Positions 1 to 8,272 are shown, counted from the first letter of the stretch. The stretch is DNA of 32,000 nt from Ignicoccus islandicus DSM 13165 (GCF_001481685.1 NZ_CP006867.1:960001-992000); one strand, 5' to 3'. Notes: generated by a model not told the origin, from the sequence alone. Made by a program: numbers and translations.

Positions 1-1043
1 GTCAGCACTGAGAAGGCACTTGAGCACGGTCTGACCTCGTTAACGTAGTCTATTGGGGCCCACTTGGCCCTAACCCCGCTCGGAGAAGAAGGTTTGAATT
101 CCGTTATTATTGAGAACGCGTCCTTCTCTAAACTCGCTCTGAAGTCAATTACCCCCTTCTTGTCCCTTTTAGGTAACGCTAAGCTCTTCCTCTCAAATTC
201 TATTCTATTTAACGTATAGTTGACTATTTCCTCTATCATCTCGATCTCAAGACGTCTTCGGCTTCTTTTAAGGAATTCGCTCAGTACCTTCTGAGCCTTC
301 TCTTGCGCGTTTTCCTTGGTGGGTCCCGAGGCTAGTACGCACACCCTTACGAAGCTCCTCTCTCCCTCTATACCCGGATGGCTCTTAATGTACACATCGG
401 GATAGACCTCAGCGAACTTCTTCAGTAGGGGAGCTAATTCGGCCTCCCTCACGTCCTCTAAACGCTCGCATACTTCGACCTTCGCATATAAGTTCTCCTT
501 CTGCAATTCTTCGGTTACGAACTCATTTAACATGGCTTCCATTTCCCTGGGTACTCCAGGAAGAGAAAATATTTTGCACCTGTTCAATTTGACGTATATT
601 CCCGGTGCTACGCCTACTTTATTTGGAATCGGTTGGGCCAAGCACGGCAACACGGCCATCTTCCTCCTTACTTCGTCAACTTCCTCTATTTCTTGGCCAT
701 AGATCTCTCTCAGCTTGTTCCTTACCATTTCCAATGCCTCTTCGTTCAAGCACAAGGGCGATCCTATCGCGTACGCTATGGCCTCGGCCGTTACGTCGTC
801 GTACGTTGGCCCGAGCCCCCCAGTAGTTATTACGACGCCCGCATCGTAGCAGAGTTCCTTCACTGCTTCGGCTATAGCGTCGATGTCGTCCCTAACCTTC
901 CTAATTTCTACTACGTCAAAGCCTAAGGTCGTTAGTACTCTAGCGATCTTTTGAGAGTTGGTGTCAGTTATTCTGCCTACGAGTACCTCGTTGCCTATTA
1001 CTAAAATCGCCGCGCTCCATTTCTTAAGGTAAGGGTTCGTCAT
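1..1043 (-). CDS. CinA-like molybdopterin-binding-domain (MoCF_BD, COG1058-type) protein running in frame into the N-terminus of indole-3-glycerol-phosphate synthase (TrpC); 3' end lies outside the window
   Basis: Hand translation from the ATG at 1043 (5 nt after the thi4 stop). The frame stays open to the left edge, which explains its absence from the ORF track. The N-terminal part reads MTNPYLKKWSAAILVIGNEVLVGRITDTNSQKIARVLTTLGFDVV...VVITTGGLGPTYDDVTAEAIAYAIG, typical of the MoaB/MogA/CinA fold. From the ATG at 239 it reads MIEEIVNYTLNRIEFERKSLALPKRDKKGVIDFRASLEKDAFSIITEFKPSSPSGV...SAFSVL, which matches the IGPS N-terminal helix and the E-x-K-x-x-SPSG motif. I checked the frame codon by codon at 1043-999 and 299-231. 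Confidence 0.75.
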   Translation of the reverse strand, partial: MTNPYLKKWSAAILVIGNEVLVGRITDTNSQKIARVLTTLGFDVVEIRKVRDDIDAIAEAVKELCYDAGVVITTGGLGPTYDDVTAEAIAYAIGSPLCLNEEALEMVRNKLREIYGQEIEEVDEVRRKMAVLPCLAQPIPNKVGVAPGIYVKLNRCKIFSLPGVPREMEAMLNEFVTEELQKENLYAKVEVCERLEDVREAELAPLLKKFAEVYPDVYIKSHPGIEGERSFVRVCVLASGPTKENAQEKAQKVLSEFLKRSRRRLEIEMIEEIVNYTLNRIEFERKSLALPKRDKKGVIDFRASLEKDAFSIITEFKPSSPSGVRAKWAPIDYVNEVRPCSSAFSVL

Positions 1044-1048
1044 TTGCT

Positions 1049-1849
1049 TTACGACACCTCTAAATCCCCGATTATTTTCTCAGCCACCTTCTTTCCTGAA
1101 GCTAGCATTCCGCCGAAGACGGGCCCCATTCTGGGAAGCCTATAGAAGCTAGCAACGGACATCCCGGCCGCGTATAATCCTTCAAGCACCTTTCCGGTAT
1201 ACTTAACTACGAGCTTCTCGGCCTCGTCTATCCAAGCTCCGTATTCCCTTCCAACCTCGAAGTTCACGTTCGGGAGCTTCTTAGACGCTATCTTCAGTAT
1301 CTCTGCGTCGTGTCCGGTAGCGTCAACGACTGCTTTTGCTTTGAAGAATATCGGATCAACGTGGAGACCGGATAGGTAAATAGGCGACCATAGAGCTACT
1401 ACTCCCTTTACCTTGGTCACACCTTCTTCTATTCTGTATATTAGGTCCTCGACGTGCATTCCGAGAACTATCTTCGCTCCAGCCGAAACGGAGGCGTTGC
1501 TTAGCTTCGCTACTAACGCGGCGGCATCGGTTGTGTACAAATTATCATCAACTTTCTTTAAGGGAACACCGAGCTCTTCGGCTATTTCCTTAGGATTGTA
1601 GCCCTCTAACTCCACGTCCTCTACCACTACCTTATGGAAGAGGCTTCCTCCTCCAGAGATACCGCCTCCTAAGCTAACCCTCCTTTCTAGTATTAGGACC
1701 TTAAGACCGGCTTTCGCAAGGTAATGGGAAGCCGTGAGTCCGGCCGGACCTGCTCCAACTATTACTACGTCAACGCCCTTCGCCATTTGGGATAGTTCCT
1801 TTGAGCTTTCCTCTATTATTATTGAGGTGACCTTACCCTCATCTATCAT
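1049..1849 (-). CDS. thi4: Thiamine thiazole synthase (Thi4 family)
   Basis: 266-aa ORF with the dinucleotide-binding motif VVIVGAGPAGLTASHYLAKAG and LERRVSLGGG. It resembles archaeal Thi4 over its full length. Confidence 0.9.
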   Translation of the reverse strand: MIDEGKVTSIIIEESSKELSQMAKGVDVVIVGAGPAGLTASHYLAKAGLKVLILERRVSLGGGISGGGSLFHKVVVEDVELEGYNPKEIAEELGVPLKKVDDNLYTTDAAALVAKLSNASVSAGAKIVLGMHVEDLIYRIEEGVTKVKGVVALWSPIYLSGLHVDPIFFKAKAVVDATGHDAEILKIASKKLPNVNFEVGREYGAWIDEAEKLVVKYTGKVLEGLYAAGMSVASFYRLPRMGPVFGGMLASGKKVAEKIIGDLEVS

Positions 1850-1954
1850 AATAAAGCTACCTAAAGTAATTCACTCTGTGAAAGGTAAATGAAGATTAGT
1901 TAGCGCAAAAACACCTATTTGAAGGCGGAATAATTAGAACTACTAACGCTTGCC

Positions 1955-2107
1955 TTAGAGTTCAACCTTTCGCTCGACGCGATGGAAGGTGTTCCTTCCA
2001 CAGACCCTACAGTAGTGATAGATCCTTCCCATACTTTCTAAATCGTAGCTACCGAGGAACAACCACATTTGGCCGCATCTCTCACATCTCAGATACCAAC
2101 TAGTCAT
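1955..2107 (-). CDS. Small zinc-ribbon protein (50 aa), below the ORF-track size cutoff
   Basis: Hand-translated as MTSWYLRCERCGQMWLFLGSYDLESMGRIYHYCRVCGRNTFHRVERKVEL, with two CxxC pairs (CERC, CRVC). The ATG lies 12 nt downstream of the fibrillarin stop on the same strand. Confidence 0.45.
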   Translation of the reverse strand: MTSWYLRCERCGQMWLFLGSYDLESMGRIYHYCRVCGRNTFHRVERKVEL

Positions 2108-2119
2108 TCGAAACCACCC

Positions 2120-2827
2120 TTACTTCTTATGAAACCTGGCGTAAATCATTGCGTGGTCTTTGTCGAACGGGTCTAAGTGAACGATATCGAGTATTTCGAA
2201 ACCCCTTTCCTTAAGTGTAAGCAATTCCCTCCTGAACACTTCCTCCGGGCTCTTAGTTACGTCCACGCTCCTAGCCTTTATTGCCATGAGCATGTAACCG
2301 CCGTCCTTTAGGAAGAAGTCAGCGTTATCGGCAACTATTTCCGCTTGGTTAGGTTGGGCCACGTCGGCGTAGAGCCCGTCAGTTAGTTCAACTAAGTGCC
2401 TATATTCCCTAGGCTTCCTGGCATCTCCCAATATAGGGAAAATGTTCTTTCTTTCTTCAGCTAGCACTACGAACTCTCTCATTACTCTGGGCGCGAATTC
2501 TACTCCGTATAGCTTTCCTTCCTCGCCTATTATGTCCGAAATGTGGCTAGGAGTGGTACCCGTAGCAGCACCTAAATAGAGAATCTTATCTCCTCGCTTA
2601 ATTGGTAATTCCTCGAGACCCTTAGCCAACGCAGCCGCGAGCTTAGACCTAAATATATTCCATTCCCTGTATTCGCCATCTTCCCACTTATAGAGTTTCT
2701 CCCCATATACTCTTTTTCCGGGAGTCAAGTTCTTAGTAGCGAGCTTGACGCTGCCGTCCTCTAGTTCTACTATGTAGACGTTAGGGTACTTGGGATGCTC
2801 ATATATGTTGACTACTTCAATTACCAA
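2120..2827 (-). CDS. flpA: Fibrillarin-like rRNA/tRNA 2'-O-methyltransferase
   Basis: 235 aa. It carries YGEKLY...WNIFRSKLAAA, the SAM-binding motif ILYLGAATGTTPSHISDI, and VYGVEFAPR...DVAQPNQAEI. This is a canonical archaeal fibrillarin. Confidence 0.95.
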   Translation of the reverse strand: MVIEVVNIYEHPKYPNVYIVELEDGSVKLATKNLTPGKRVYGEKLYKWEDGEYREWNIFRSKLAAALAKGLEELPIKRGDKILYLGAATGTTPSHISDIIGEEGKLYGVEFAPRVMREFVVLAEERKNIFPILGDARKPREYRHLVELTDGLYADVAQPNQAEIVADNADFFLKDGGYMLMAIKARSVDVTKSPEEVFRRELLTLKERGFEILDIVHLDPFDKDHAMIYARFHKK

Positions 2828-2899
2828 CTTCCTTTACCCTAAAGGTAGGAGCTAGGAAGGGGTTAAACTATTGAAGTTTGGGGATTGGAGGACAAAAAC

Positions 2900-4153
2900 T
2901 CACCATTCTAGGCTCTTGCCCTTCTCCTCACCGCCGCCTCTACCGGTAACTGCCGCTGCGACTGCTATGGCGATAACTAAACCTATAACGAACGCACCTA
3001 TAGTTACGGTGTAGTCAGTTACGGTCTTAGTAATCGTTTCAGTTACGGTGTTTACAATAGTCTTGTAGAGAGTCTTGGTTAATGTATTAGTTAAGGTTAC
3101 GTTGTTGGTTATAGTTAAGGTCTCAGTAACCGTCGAAGTGCTGGTAATTAAGCTAGTCACCTTCTCCGTAACGGTATTAACTATCGTTTGGAAAACTAGC
3201 TGCGTGGTCGTTAAAGTCGAGAAGACTGTAGTTGTAATGAAGTTGGTGAAGGTTACGTTATTTATTATTAGCTTAGTAGTGGTGTAAGTGAGCGTTTGGG
3301 TCAAGGTTTCCGTTCTAGTTACTGTTTCAGTCACGGTGTTAGTTACAGTCGTAGTTAGGTTCAAGGTAGTCGTAACCGTCTCGTATATGAACTCCTTCTT
3401 CGGGTACTTAGAAGGTAGCTTACCAGCTAGGTAAAGCAGAACGTTCTCAAACAATTTCTGTGCATTAGGATCAGTACTAATGTCGCTGAGTATGCCTCTC
3501 CAGGACATAATTACCATTTCGTCGCTCCACTTGGTTACCCTAATCGCTACGCAGTAAGCCGTCCTCCCTAAGCTTTCGTTTAGAGCTATTACGTCCTTTA
3601 CGAGCGGGATTAGGCAGCAACCGCCTGGAAGTTGGCTAACGCCTTGGAATATCGGGTGCTTAGGAGAAACTAGTATTGGTTTCTTAGCTTCGCAAGCTCC
3701 AAGTTTATAGAATCCGAGCCTGGTGAGCACTATGCTTCCAATGTAGTCTCCCGTATCGGTATCGTTCATGTATGGACTAGCTATTATCGCTACCCTCATT
3801 CCGGCCTTAAGCGCAGGAACTATTACTTGATCCACGTACGCAGTAGCTATCTTGTTATCGAGTTCGGGGTTACCCGTCGTGGCGTTTTGATCGAAGACGA
3901 GTAGTATTCCGCTATAGGCTTCCGGGTTGGGAGCGCTGGTTAGGCTTAATCCGAACTGTTGAGGCTGGGGCTTAGTTAGTATTTCCGCCCACACGCCTCC
4001 CTTGGAGATCAAGTCGTTCACAGTTCCAGCTATAGAGCTCCAAGCGAGGGAAGTATCTATAGGGTTGGAGGATATGATCCTTATATCGACCTTTCCAGCG
4101 TACAGCGTGGTTATTAGCAGTAGGCTCAATAGAGGCGTTAAAGACCTCTTCAT
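2900..4153 (-). CDS. Secreted, C-terminally membrane-anchored protein with a long Thr/Val-rich stalk (function unknown)
   Basis: N-terminal signal-like segment MKRSLTPLLSLLLITTLYA, then a globular domain of about 250 aa. About 130 aa of degenerate T-x-T/VTxT repeats follow (TIVNTVTE occurs twice). A hydrophobic anchor IGAFVIGLVIAIAVAAAV and a short charged tail close the protein. Confidence 0.7.
   Translation of the reverse strand: MKRSLTPLLSLLLITTLYAGKVDIRIISSNPIDTSLAWSSIAGTVNDLISKGGVWAEILTKPQPQQFGLSLTSAPNPEAYSGILLVFDQNATTGNPELDNKIATAYVDQVIVPALKAGMRVAIIASPYMNDTDTGDYIGSIVLTRLGFYKLGACEAKKPILVSPKHPIFQGVSQLPGGCCLIPLVKDVIALNESLGRTAYCVAIRVTKWSDEMVIMSWRGILSDISTDPNAQKLFENVLLYLAGKLPSKYPKKEFIYETVTTTLNLTTTVTNTVTETVTRTETLTQTLTYTTTKLIINNVTFTNFITTTVFSTLTTTQLVFQTIVNTVTEKVTSLITSTSTVTETLTITNNVTLTNTLTKTLYKTIVNTVTETITKTVTDYTVTIGAFVIGLVIAIAVAAAVTGRGGGEEKGKSLEW
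3000..3391 (-). repeat. Degenerate tandem Thr/Val codon repeats encoding the stalk of the 2900-4153 protein
   Basis: Reiterated gttac/ggtaac/agttac units on the plus strand. The translated pattern is TVTNTVTETVTRTETLTQTLTYTTT...TIVNTVTEKVTS...TIVNTVTETITKTVT. Confidence 0.6.
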
Positions 4154-4259
4154 TGTACCACCGAAGTAATACTAGTTTGGAGAGGTTTTAACGTAGCAAG
4201 CGGAAAACAGTTAGTGTGTTTAATATGATTGGTGCGTCTGATCCATTTGGGATGCTTAA

Positions 4260-4967
4260 ATGGAATCAGAATGGCCGTTAAGGGACTACATCTTAATGAT
4301 AGCAGTGGTAGTGTTACTACTCACTTCCCTTGGAGTATTGAACTTCGCCTTCATTAACTACAGTACGCATTACGAGTGGATGCCTTACGTAGCCGGTCCA
4401 ATCGTGGGGGCCGTTTACTTAATATCTTTAATTATACCGTTAGTAAGTAGAAGCTATACGCTCTACATGCTAGGCATTTTAGTATTCATGATTCCCACGT
4501 TGTTAGCTTACGTGATCACCTACGACGATAGCAGCATCTATGGGTACGAGGACGTGGCTTTCTTGCTCGTTTTGGACTTGCTGTTCGCAATGCTTCTTCA
4601 TAGAATGGAGGGTACCGATTCATTCACTAGCAGCGTTACCTATTCTATAAGTATTTCCTTAGTTGCCTTGACTTCCCTCATTGCCGTCACTATCAGTTTC
4701 AGGAACGGAACGGTGTACCAATTAGACACGCAATCGCTGCTCCTCCTTTCTAGTATAGCCTCGTTCTTATCGGTGATAAGCACATTTACGTTAAAGAAAT
4801 CGTTCGCCTTGACTTCCCTTCTAATCAATTACTTATTAATACTCATAATAGCAGTTAGCATAAATTTCGTCTATCCAGACGTGACCATATGGATGTTCCT
4901 AGCGCCCCTACTGGGCATAAACGCTATCCCCGCGTACTTGATCTACGTCTACGGAGTAGAGAGTTAG
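4260..4967 (+). CDS. Polytopic membrane protein, unknown family
   Basis: 235-aa ORF with about 6-7 hydrophobic helices and no recognisable catalytic motif. It is transcribed divergently from the Thr-rich surface protein gene. Confidence 0.6.
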   Translation: MESEWPLRDYILMIAVVVLLLTSLGVLNFAFINYSTHYEWMPYVAGPIVGAVYLISLIIPLVSRSYTLYMLGILVFMIPTLLAYVITYDDSSIYGYEDVAFLLVLDLLFAMLLHRMEGTDSFTSSVTYSISISLVALTSLIAVTISFRNGTVYQLDTQSLLLLSSIASFLSVISTFTLKKSFALTSLLINYLLILIIAVSINFVYPDVTIWMFLAPLLGINAIPAYLIYVYGVES

Positions 4968-4974
4968 CCGGACC

Positions 4975-4995
4975 TCTCTTTTTATTTCCTTTTTA
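4975..4995 (+). terminator. Oligo-T tract after the 4260-4967 gene (may also hold the TATA element of the GTPase gene)
   Basis: Sequence ctctttttatttcctttttac directly after the stop codon. Archaeal termination typically uses T-runs. Confidence 0.35.
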
Positions 4996-5010
4996 CACCT
5001 TCACTAATAG

Positions 5011-5799
5011 GTGCGTAACGCAATGATAACTGCGAGTTGGGGAAACCTAGCGGCTCTGGTGAGGAGGGCCGACGTAGTAGTTGAAGTCATAGACGCTAGG
5101 ACACCTAATAACACTAGGAGCAAGAGGCTCGAGAGGTTAGTGGAGACTTTAAATAAACCGATAGTGTTGGCCTTGAATAAGGCGGACTTAGTTCCAAGGG
5201 AAATAGCTGAAGAGTGGACTAAGAAGTATAGGGCAGAAGGGTACGAGGCAGTTTACCTAGCAGCTAGGGAACACAAGGGTACGAGGGTATTGAGAAGGGC
5301 GATCAACAGGAGCGTGACCGTTAGACCAATAGTGGTAGCTGTCGTAGGGTACCCGAAGACCGGTAAGAGCAGCGTAATAAACGCCTTAAGGGGTAAAGGA
5401 GGCGCGTCCACCTCGCCCGTTCCCGGAACTCCAGGTTACACGAAGAAACCCGGTATATATAGAGGACCCGGTCAAATCTACTTCCTCGATACCCCTGGAG
5501 TCATCCCTCCGGATGGTTCGCCTTTAGAGAAGGCGATTAGGGGAGCTCCTCCGGAGAAATTGAAGGACCCCGTTAAGGTTGCTGTGGAACTGATAGAGTT
5601 CGTGAAGAGGTACGAACCCAAGGCCTTCTTAAAGGCTTATGGGTTCGATGGAGATCCTTACGAGATACTGGAGAAGCTAGCGATTAAGAGGGGTTGGTTC
5701 TATAAAGAGGACCACGAGCCCCTAATAGAGCAAGCCGCAAGGGCGATAATAATAGATTACCATAAGGGAAAGATACCGTTCTACGTTCCGCCTTACTAG
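5011..5799 (+). CDS. Circularly permuted GTPase (YlqF/RbgA/YawG-type, probable ribosome-biogenesis GTPase)
   Basis: The G-motif order is permuted: G4 LNKADL comes before G1 GYPKTGKSS, and G3 DTPGV follows. The start is GTG at 5011, with an alternative ATG at 5023. Confidence 0.8.
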   Translation: MRNAMITASWGNLAALVRRADVVVEVIDARTPNNTRSKRLERLVETLNKPIVLALNKADLVPREIAEEWTKKYRAEGYEAVYLAAREHKGTRVLRRAINRSVTVRPIVVAVVGYPKTGKSSVINALRGKGGASTSPVPGTPGYTKKPGIYRGPGQIYFLDTPGVIPPDGSPLEKAIRGAPPEKLKDPVKVAVELIEFVKRYEPKAFLKAYGFDGDPYEILEKLAIKRGWFYKEDHEPLIEQAARAIIIDYHKGKIPFYVPPY

Positions 5800-5992
5800 A
5801 GGCTCATGGTCTGGTGTCTTCGATCACTCGAACTCACCAATACCAGCCTTCTTCATCGCCAGTATCCCTTGGAACCTAAGGGGGTTTAAAATTGAGCAAT
5901 GAAGAGAGAATCCGGGAACGAGGTCATCGCGACCGATGAGATGGCCGCTCTTCTCTGAGTCCGATTCCGTAATTCCGTATGATTAAAAAGAA

Positions 5993-6967
5993 CTAAGCTT
6001 CTTCGGATATTTCCCTCAGCCACCTAGGGTGCTCTTCTAGTGCCCTCTTCCTAGGCATTCGACCGGTTAGGAAAGTTAGGTCCAGTGGGAAGATTGAGGG
6101 ACGGAAGTGGGTGTATGCTATGTGAACCATTAGTATGAACGTTACTGCTAATACTGCTTCCTTTACGTGCATTGTCCATAGTATGCCGCCTAGTACGTGA
6201 GGACCCCATAGGAGAATAATGAATCCGGGTATGCCGAGCACCAACATACCCCAGTATATGCCCCAATACTCGAACAATTGTTCCGGATCATATTTGCCGT
6301 AAGGCTCCGGCTTCTTACCCATCAGAACTGAAACGACGTTTTTCAGGAACTTGACGCTATAGAATTCAAGTATTGGGAACCTTTCCTTTAAGTTTTCGCC
6401 GCGAGCCTTGAGTATTAGCGCTTGGGTAGTGTAGTAAGTGAAGTGGAGAATAGCTAGTATACCCATTGCTATACCGCTGTAAACGTGCGTAACTATTAGC
6501 GCAACCTTGTCCCCGATTCCCGCGTTCGCAGCGAAACCAGTTACGGCGCATACGGTAAACGTTATTATCATCCATAGGTGTTGTATCCTTTGCCATTTAC
6601 TTAGCCTAGGGATCCATACGTCCCTTTTAGCCTCCTCGATTTCGTAATACAACCGCCACTTCCCAGCCATCCTTACTTCTTTGAGGAAATTGACGAGGAC
6701 CCATAGAGTTCCTACTATAGCTATAACGAGTATCAATAGATCGAAGGCGACTGATATTAAGCTTCTCCACCAGGCAACGTTACCTACATCGAAGCTTCCG
6801 AGAACGGCTCCGCGTACTGGCCACTCACTTAATAGAACTTTCAAGGCGTATTCATATACGAAACCCCAAGCGATACCTACAGCTATCGCCGTACCAATGA
6901 GGCTACCTATGAGATACCCTATTCTCCCTTCCTCGAAATCATGGGAAGGTGATCCCAATGTTCTCAC
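5993..6967 (-). CDS. Membrane b-type cytochrome subunit (FdnI/PhsC/Ni-Fe-hydrogenase cytochrome-b-like), with two extra N-terminal helices
   Basis: 324 aa. After two N-terminal TM helices comes RIQHLWMIITFTVCAVTGF...THVYSGIAMGILAILHF...WTMHVKEAVLAVTFILMVHIAYTHF. Conserved His residues sit in TM helices, as in four-helix dihaem b subunits. The gene starts 14 nt downstream of the cytochrome c gene. Confidence 0.65.
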   Translation of the reverse strand: MRTLGSPSHDFEEGRIGYLIGSLIGTAIAVGIAWGFVYEYALKVLLSEWPVRGAVLGSFDVGNVAWWRSLISVAFDLLILVIAIVGTLWVLVNFLKEVRMAGKWRLYYEIEEAKRDVWIPRLSKWQRIQHLWMIITFTVCAVTGFAANAGIGDKVALIVTHVYSGIAMGILAILHFTYYTTQALILKARGENLKERFPILEFYSVKFLKNVVSVLMGKKPEPYGKYDPEQLFEYWGIYWGMLVLGIPGFIILLWGPHVLGGILWTMHVKEAVLAVTFILMVHIAYTHFRPSIFPLDLTFLTGRMPRKRALEEHPRWLREISEEA

Positions 6968-6981
6968 CTCTATATTTAATA

Positions 6982-8151
6982 TTACTGCCCTTCGCCATGC
7001 TCTCTCTCCTCTTTTTCATTTGGTCGACCACCTCCACCCGAGGCTTTCGCTGCTGCGAACCCGGCTATTGCACCAATTGCCGCACTCGCTACGCTTCCGG
7101 TCGCTAGTGCCCCTTCCAGTTTCCTCTCGTTTGCAGTTTTCGCTTCGCGAACTGGAAGCGCTTCACTAGGCTCGAAGAAAGTATGAGCGTGAGGTCTCAT
7201 GTCGCGGTGGCAGCTCTCACAAGCCAAGAAGCCTCTGGTGAACTGACCGTCTTCGTAAAGTTTGCCCTTGAAATGGCAAGTACGACAACTGGCAGTGGTC
7301 GCTGACAGTCTCACGTCTCCGCTATATTCAGATTTAACTATCCTGGTCACTTCAGCTACAGCTATGTCAGCTGCCTTAGAAGGGTTACCAACTCTGTTTA
7401 AGGCATCGAAATAGTTGTTTAATAACATTACGGCGAACGCGGCAATGTCGCCAGTCAATCTACCGCATCTCTCGCTTCTCTCGGGCGATCCGCTTGCGTA
7501 TCCCGAAACCTCACACCATTTCCCTACTGAAACGTGGCATAGAGTAGATCCGCTCACGTTCTGAGGCAACCACTTCTTGCTTTTCATTCTCTCGGGTGGT
7601 ACGTACATCATTCCCTTTACAGCGTATTCGTTACTCTTACGGGTCGGAAGCGGAGTGGTCTCGTAGATCCTCATTAAAGCCTTGCCTAATTTATCCCAAG
7701 CCTTATGTTCGCCAACTATCATCTGTATCGCGAAGAGCGAGCCGTTGAGGGCCCCACATAGGGTTCCCCAACCCACGGCGCCTCCGTAACCGTATTGGAA
7801 TAAGCTGTGGAGGTGTTTCTTGTTCTTAATAGCATCTAAGGCCTTCTCTCTACTCGGTATAGGCAATAACGTCCAAGGATACCCTATCTTCTCGCGCAGT
7901 TGTATGGCTATGCTCCAAAAAGCCGCACCGGCACACTCGAATAGGTAATATCCCATATGGCCGAGTTTCCTGGTCTCCTCGGGATCCAACTTAGTGTAGG
8001 GCCAAGGTAGTTCGGGAGGCTCAATCGCTTCGGGTTTTTTGGGTTCCGTCTTCGCCTCTTCAGCGCTCGCGACTTGGGGAAAGGCCATGAGAAGCGGCAC
8101 GGTAGCTGCCGTAGAGACCAGGCGCTTCACGAATTCACGTCTAGAAACCAT
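6982..8151 (-). CDS. Tat-signal, C_GCAxxG_C_C-domain dihaem c-type cytochrome with C-terminal membrane anchor (split-Soret-cytochrome-like)
   Basis: The twin-arginine motif MVSRREFVKRLVSTAATVPLLMAFPQVASA begins at the ATG at 8151. The track start at 8235 would bury this signal and falls inside an AT-rich promoter-like tract. ECAGAAFW (7915-7938) and WGTLCGALNG are GCAxxG-family motifs. The two haem-c sites are CRTCH (7273-7287) and CESCH (7207-7221). A C-terminal hydrophobic segment reads SVASAAIGAIAGFAAA. Confidence 0.7.
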   Translation of the reverse strand: MVSRREFVKRLVSTAATVPLLMAFPQVASAEEAKTEPKKPEAIEPPELPWPYTKLDPEETRKLGHMGYYLFECAGAAFWSIAIQLREKIGYPWTLLPIPSREKALDAIKNKKHLHSLFQYGYGGAVGWGTLCGALNGSLFAIQMIVGEHKAWDKLGKALMRIYETTPLPTRKSNEYAVKGMMYVPPERMKSKKWLPQNVSGSTLCHVSVGKWCEVSGYASGSPERSERCGRLTGDIAAFAVMLLNNYFDALNRVGNPSKAADIAVAEVTRIVKSEYSGDVRLSATTASCRTCHFKGKLYEDGQFTRGFLACESCHRDMRPHAHTFFEPSEALPVREAKTANERKLEGALATGSVASAAIGAIAGFAAAKASGGGGRPNEKEEREHGEGQ

Positions 8152-8272
8152 TACGTAAGGTCCCTCATGAGGTAATATTGCGATTTTTCGAATATATTTC
8201 TTTCCTATTATAAGAATATTGTTTACTGCGTACAAGTGGAATTGGTTTAATTCGATAATGAAGAGTTAGATC
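8152..8272 (-). promoter_or_regulatory. AT-rich promoter region of the cytochrome c/b operon
   Basis: The minus strand reads ...aatattcttataataggaaagaaatatattcgaaaaatcgcaatattacc..., with several TATA-like elements in the 120 nt upstream of the ATG at 8151. Confidence 0.4.

Noticed and set aside
605-926. Plus-strand ORFs 605-826 and 633-926
   Set aside because: They lie antisense to the well-supported CinA-like coding frame. Their translations are low-complexity (Ser/Leu/Arg/Pro-rich) with no motifs.
1850-1954. TPP riboswitch upstream of thi4 (and likewise upstream of thiC at 16674-16775)
   Set aside because: Neither leader has a CUGAGA motif or an ACCUGAUCUGGAUAAUGCCAGCG-like pyrimidine-sensor helix. 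The thiC TATA spacing implies a near-leaderless mRNA.
5899-5958. C/D box sRNA candidate in the convergent gap between the GTPase and cytochrome b genes
   Set aside because: The C box is imperfect (ATGAAGA), D' is degenerate (ACGA), and C' (CGATGA) is 15 nt from the D box CTGA rather than about 12. There is no terminal stem. The 11-mer CGGGAACGAGG shared with 25540-25550 is within chance expectation for a 32-kb window on two strands.
6982-8235. Track start codon at 8235 for the cytochrome c gene
   Set aside because: It would place 28 residues in front of a canonical twin-arginine signal, and it lies inside an AT-rich promoter-like tract. The ATG at 8151 (MVSRREFVKR) is preferred.
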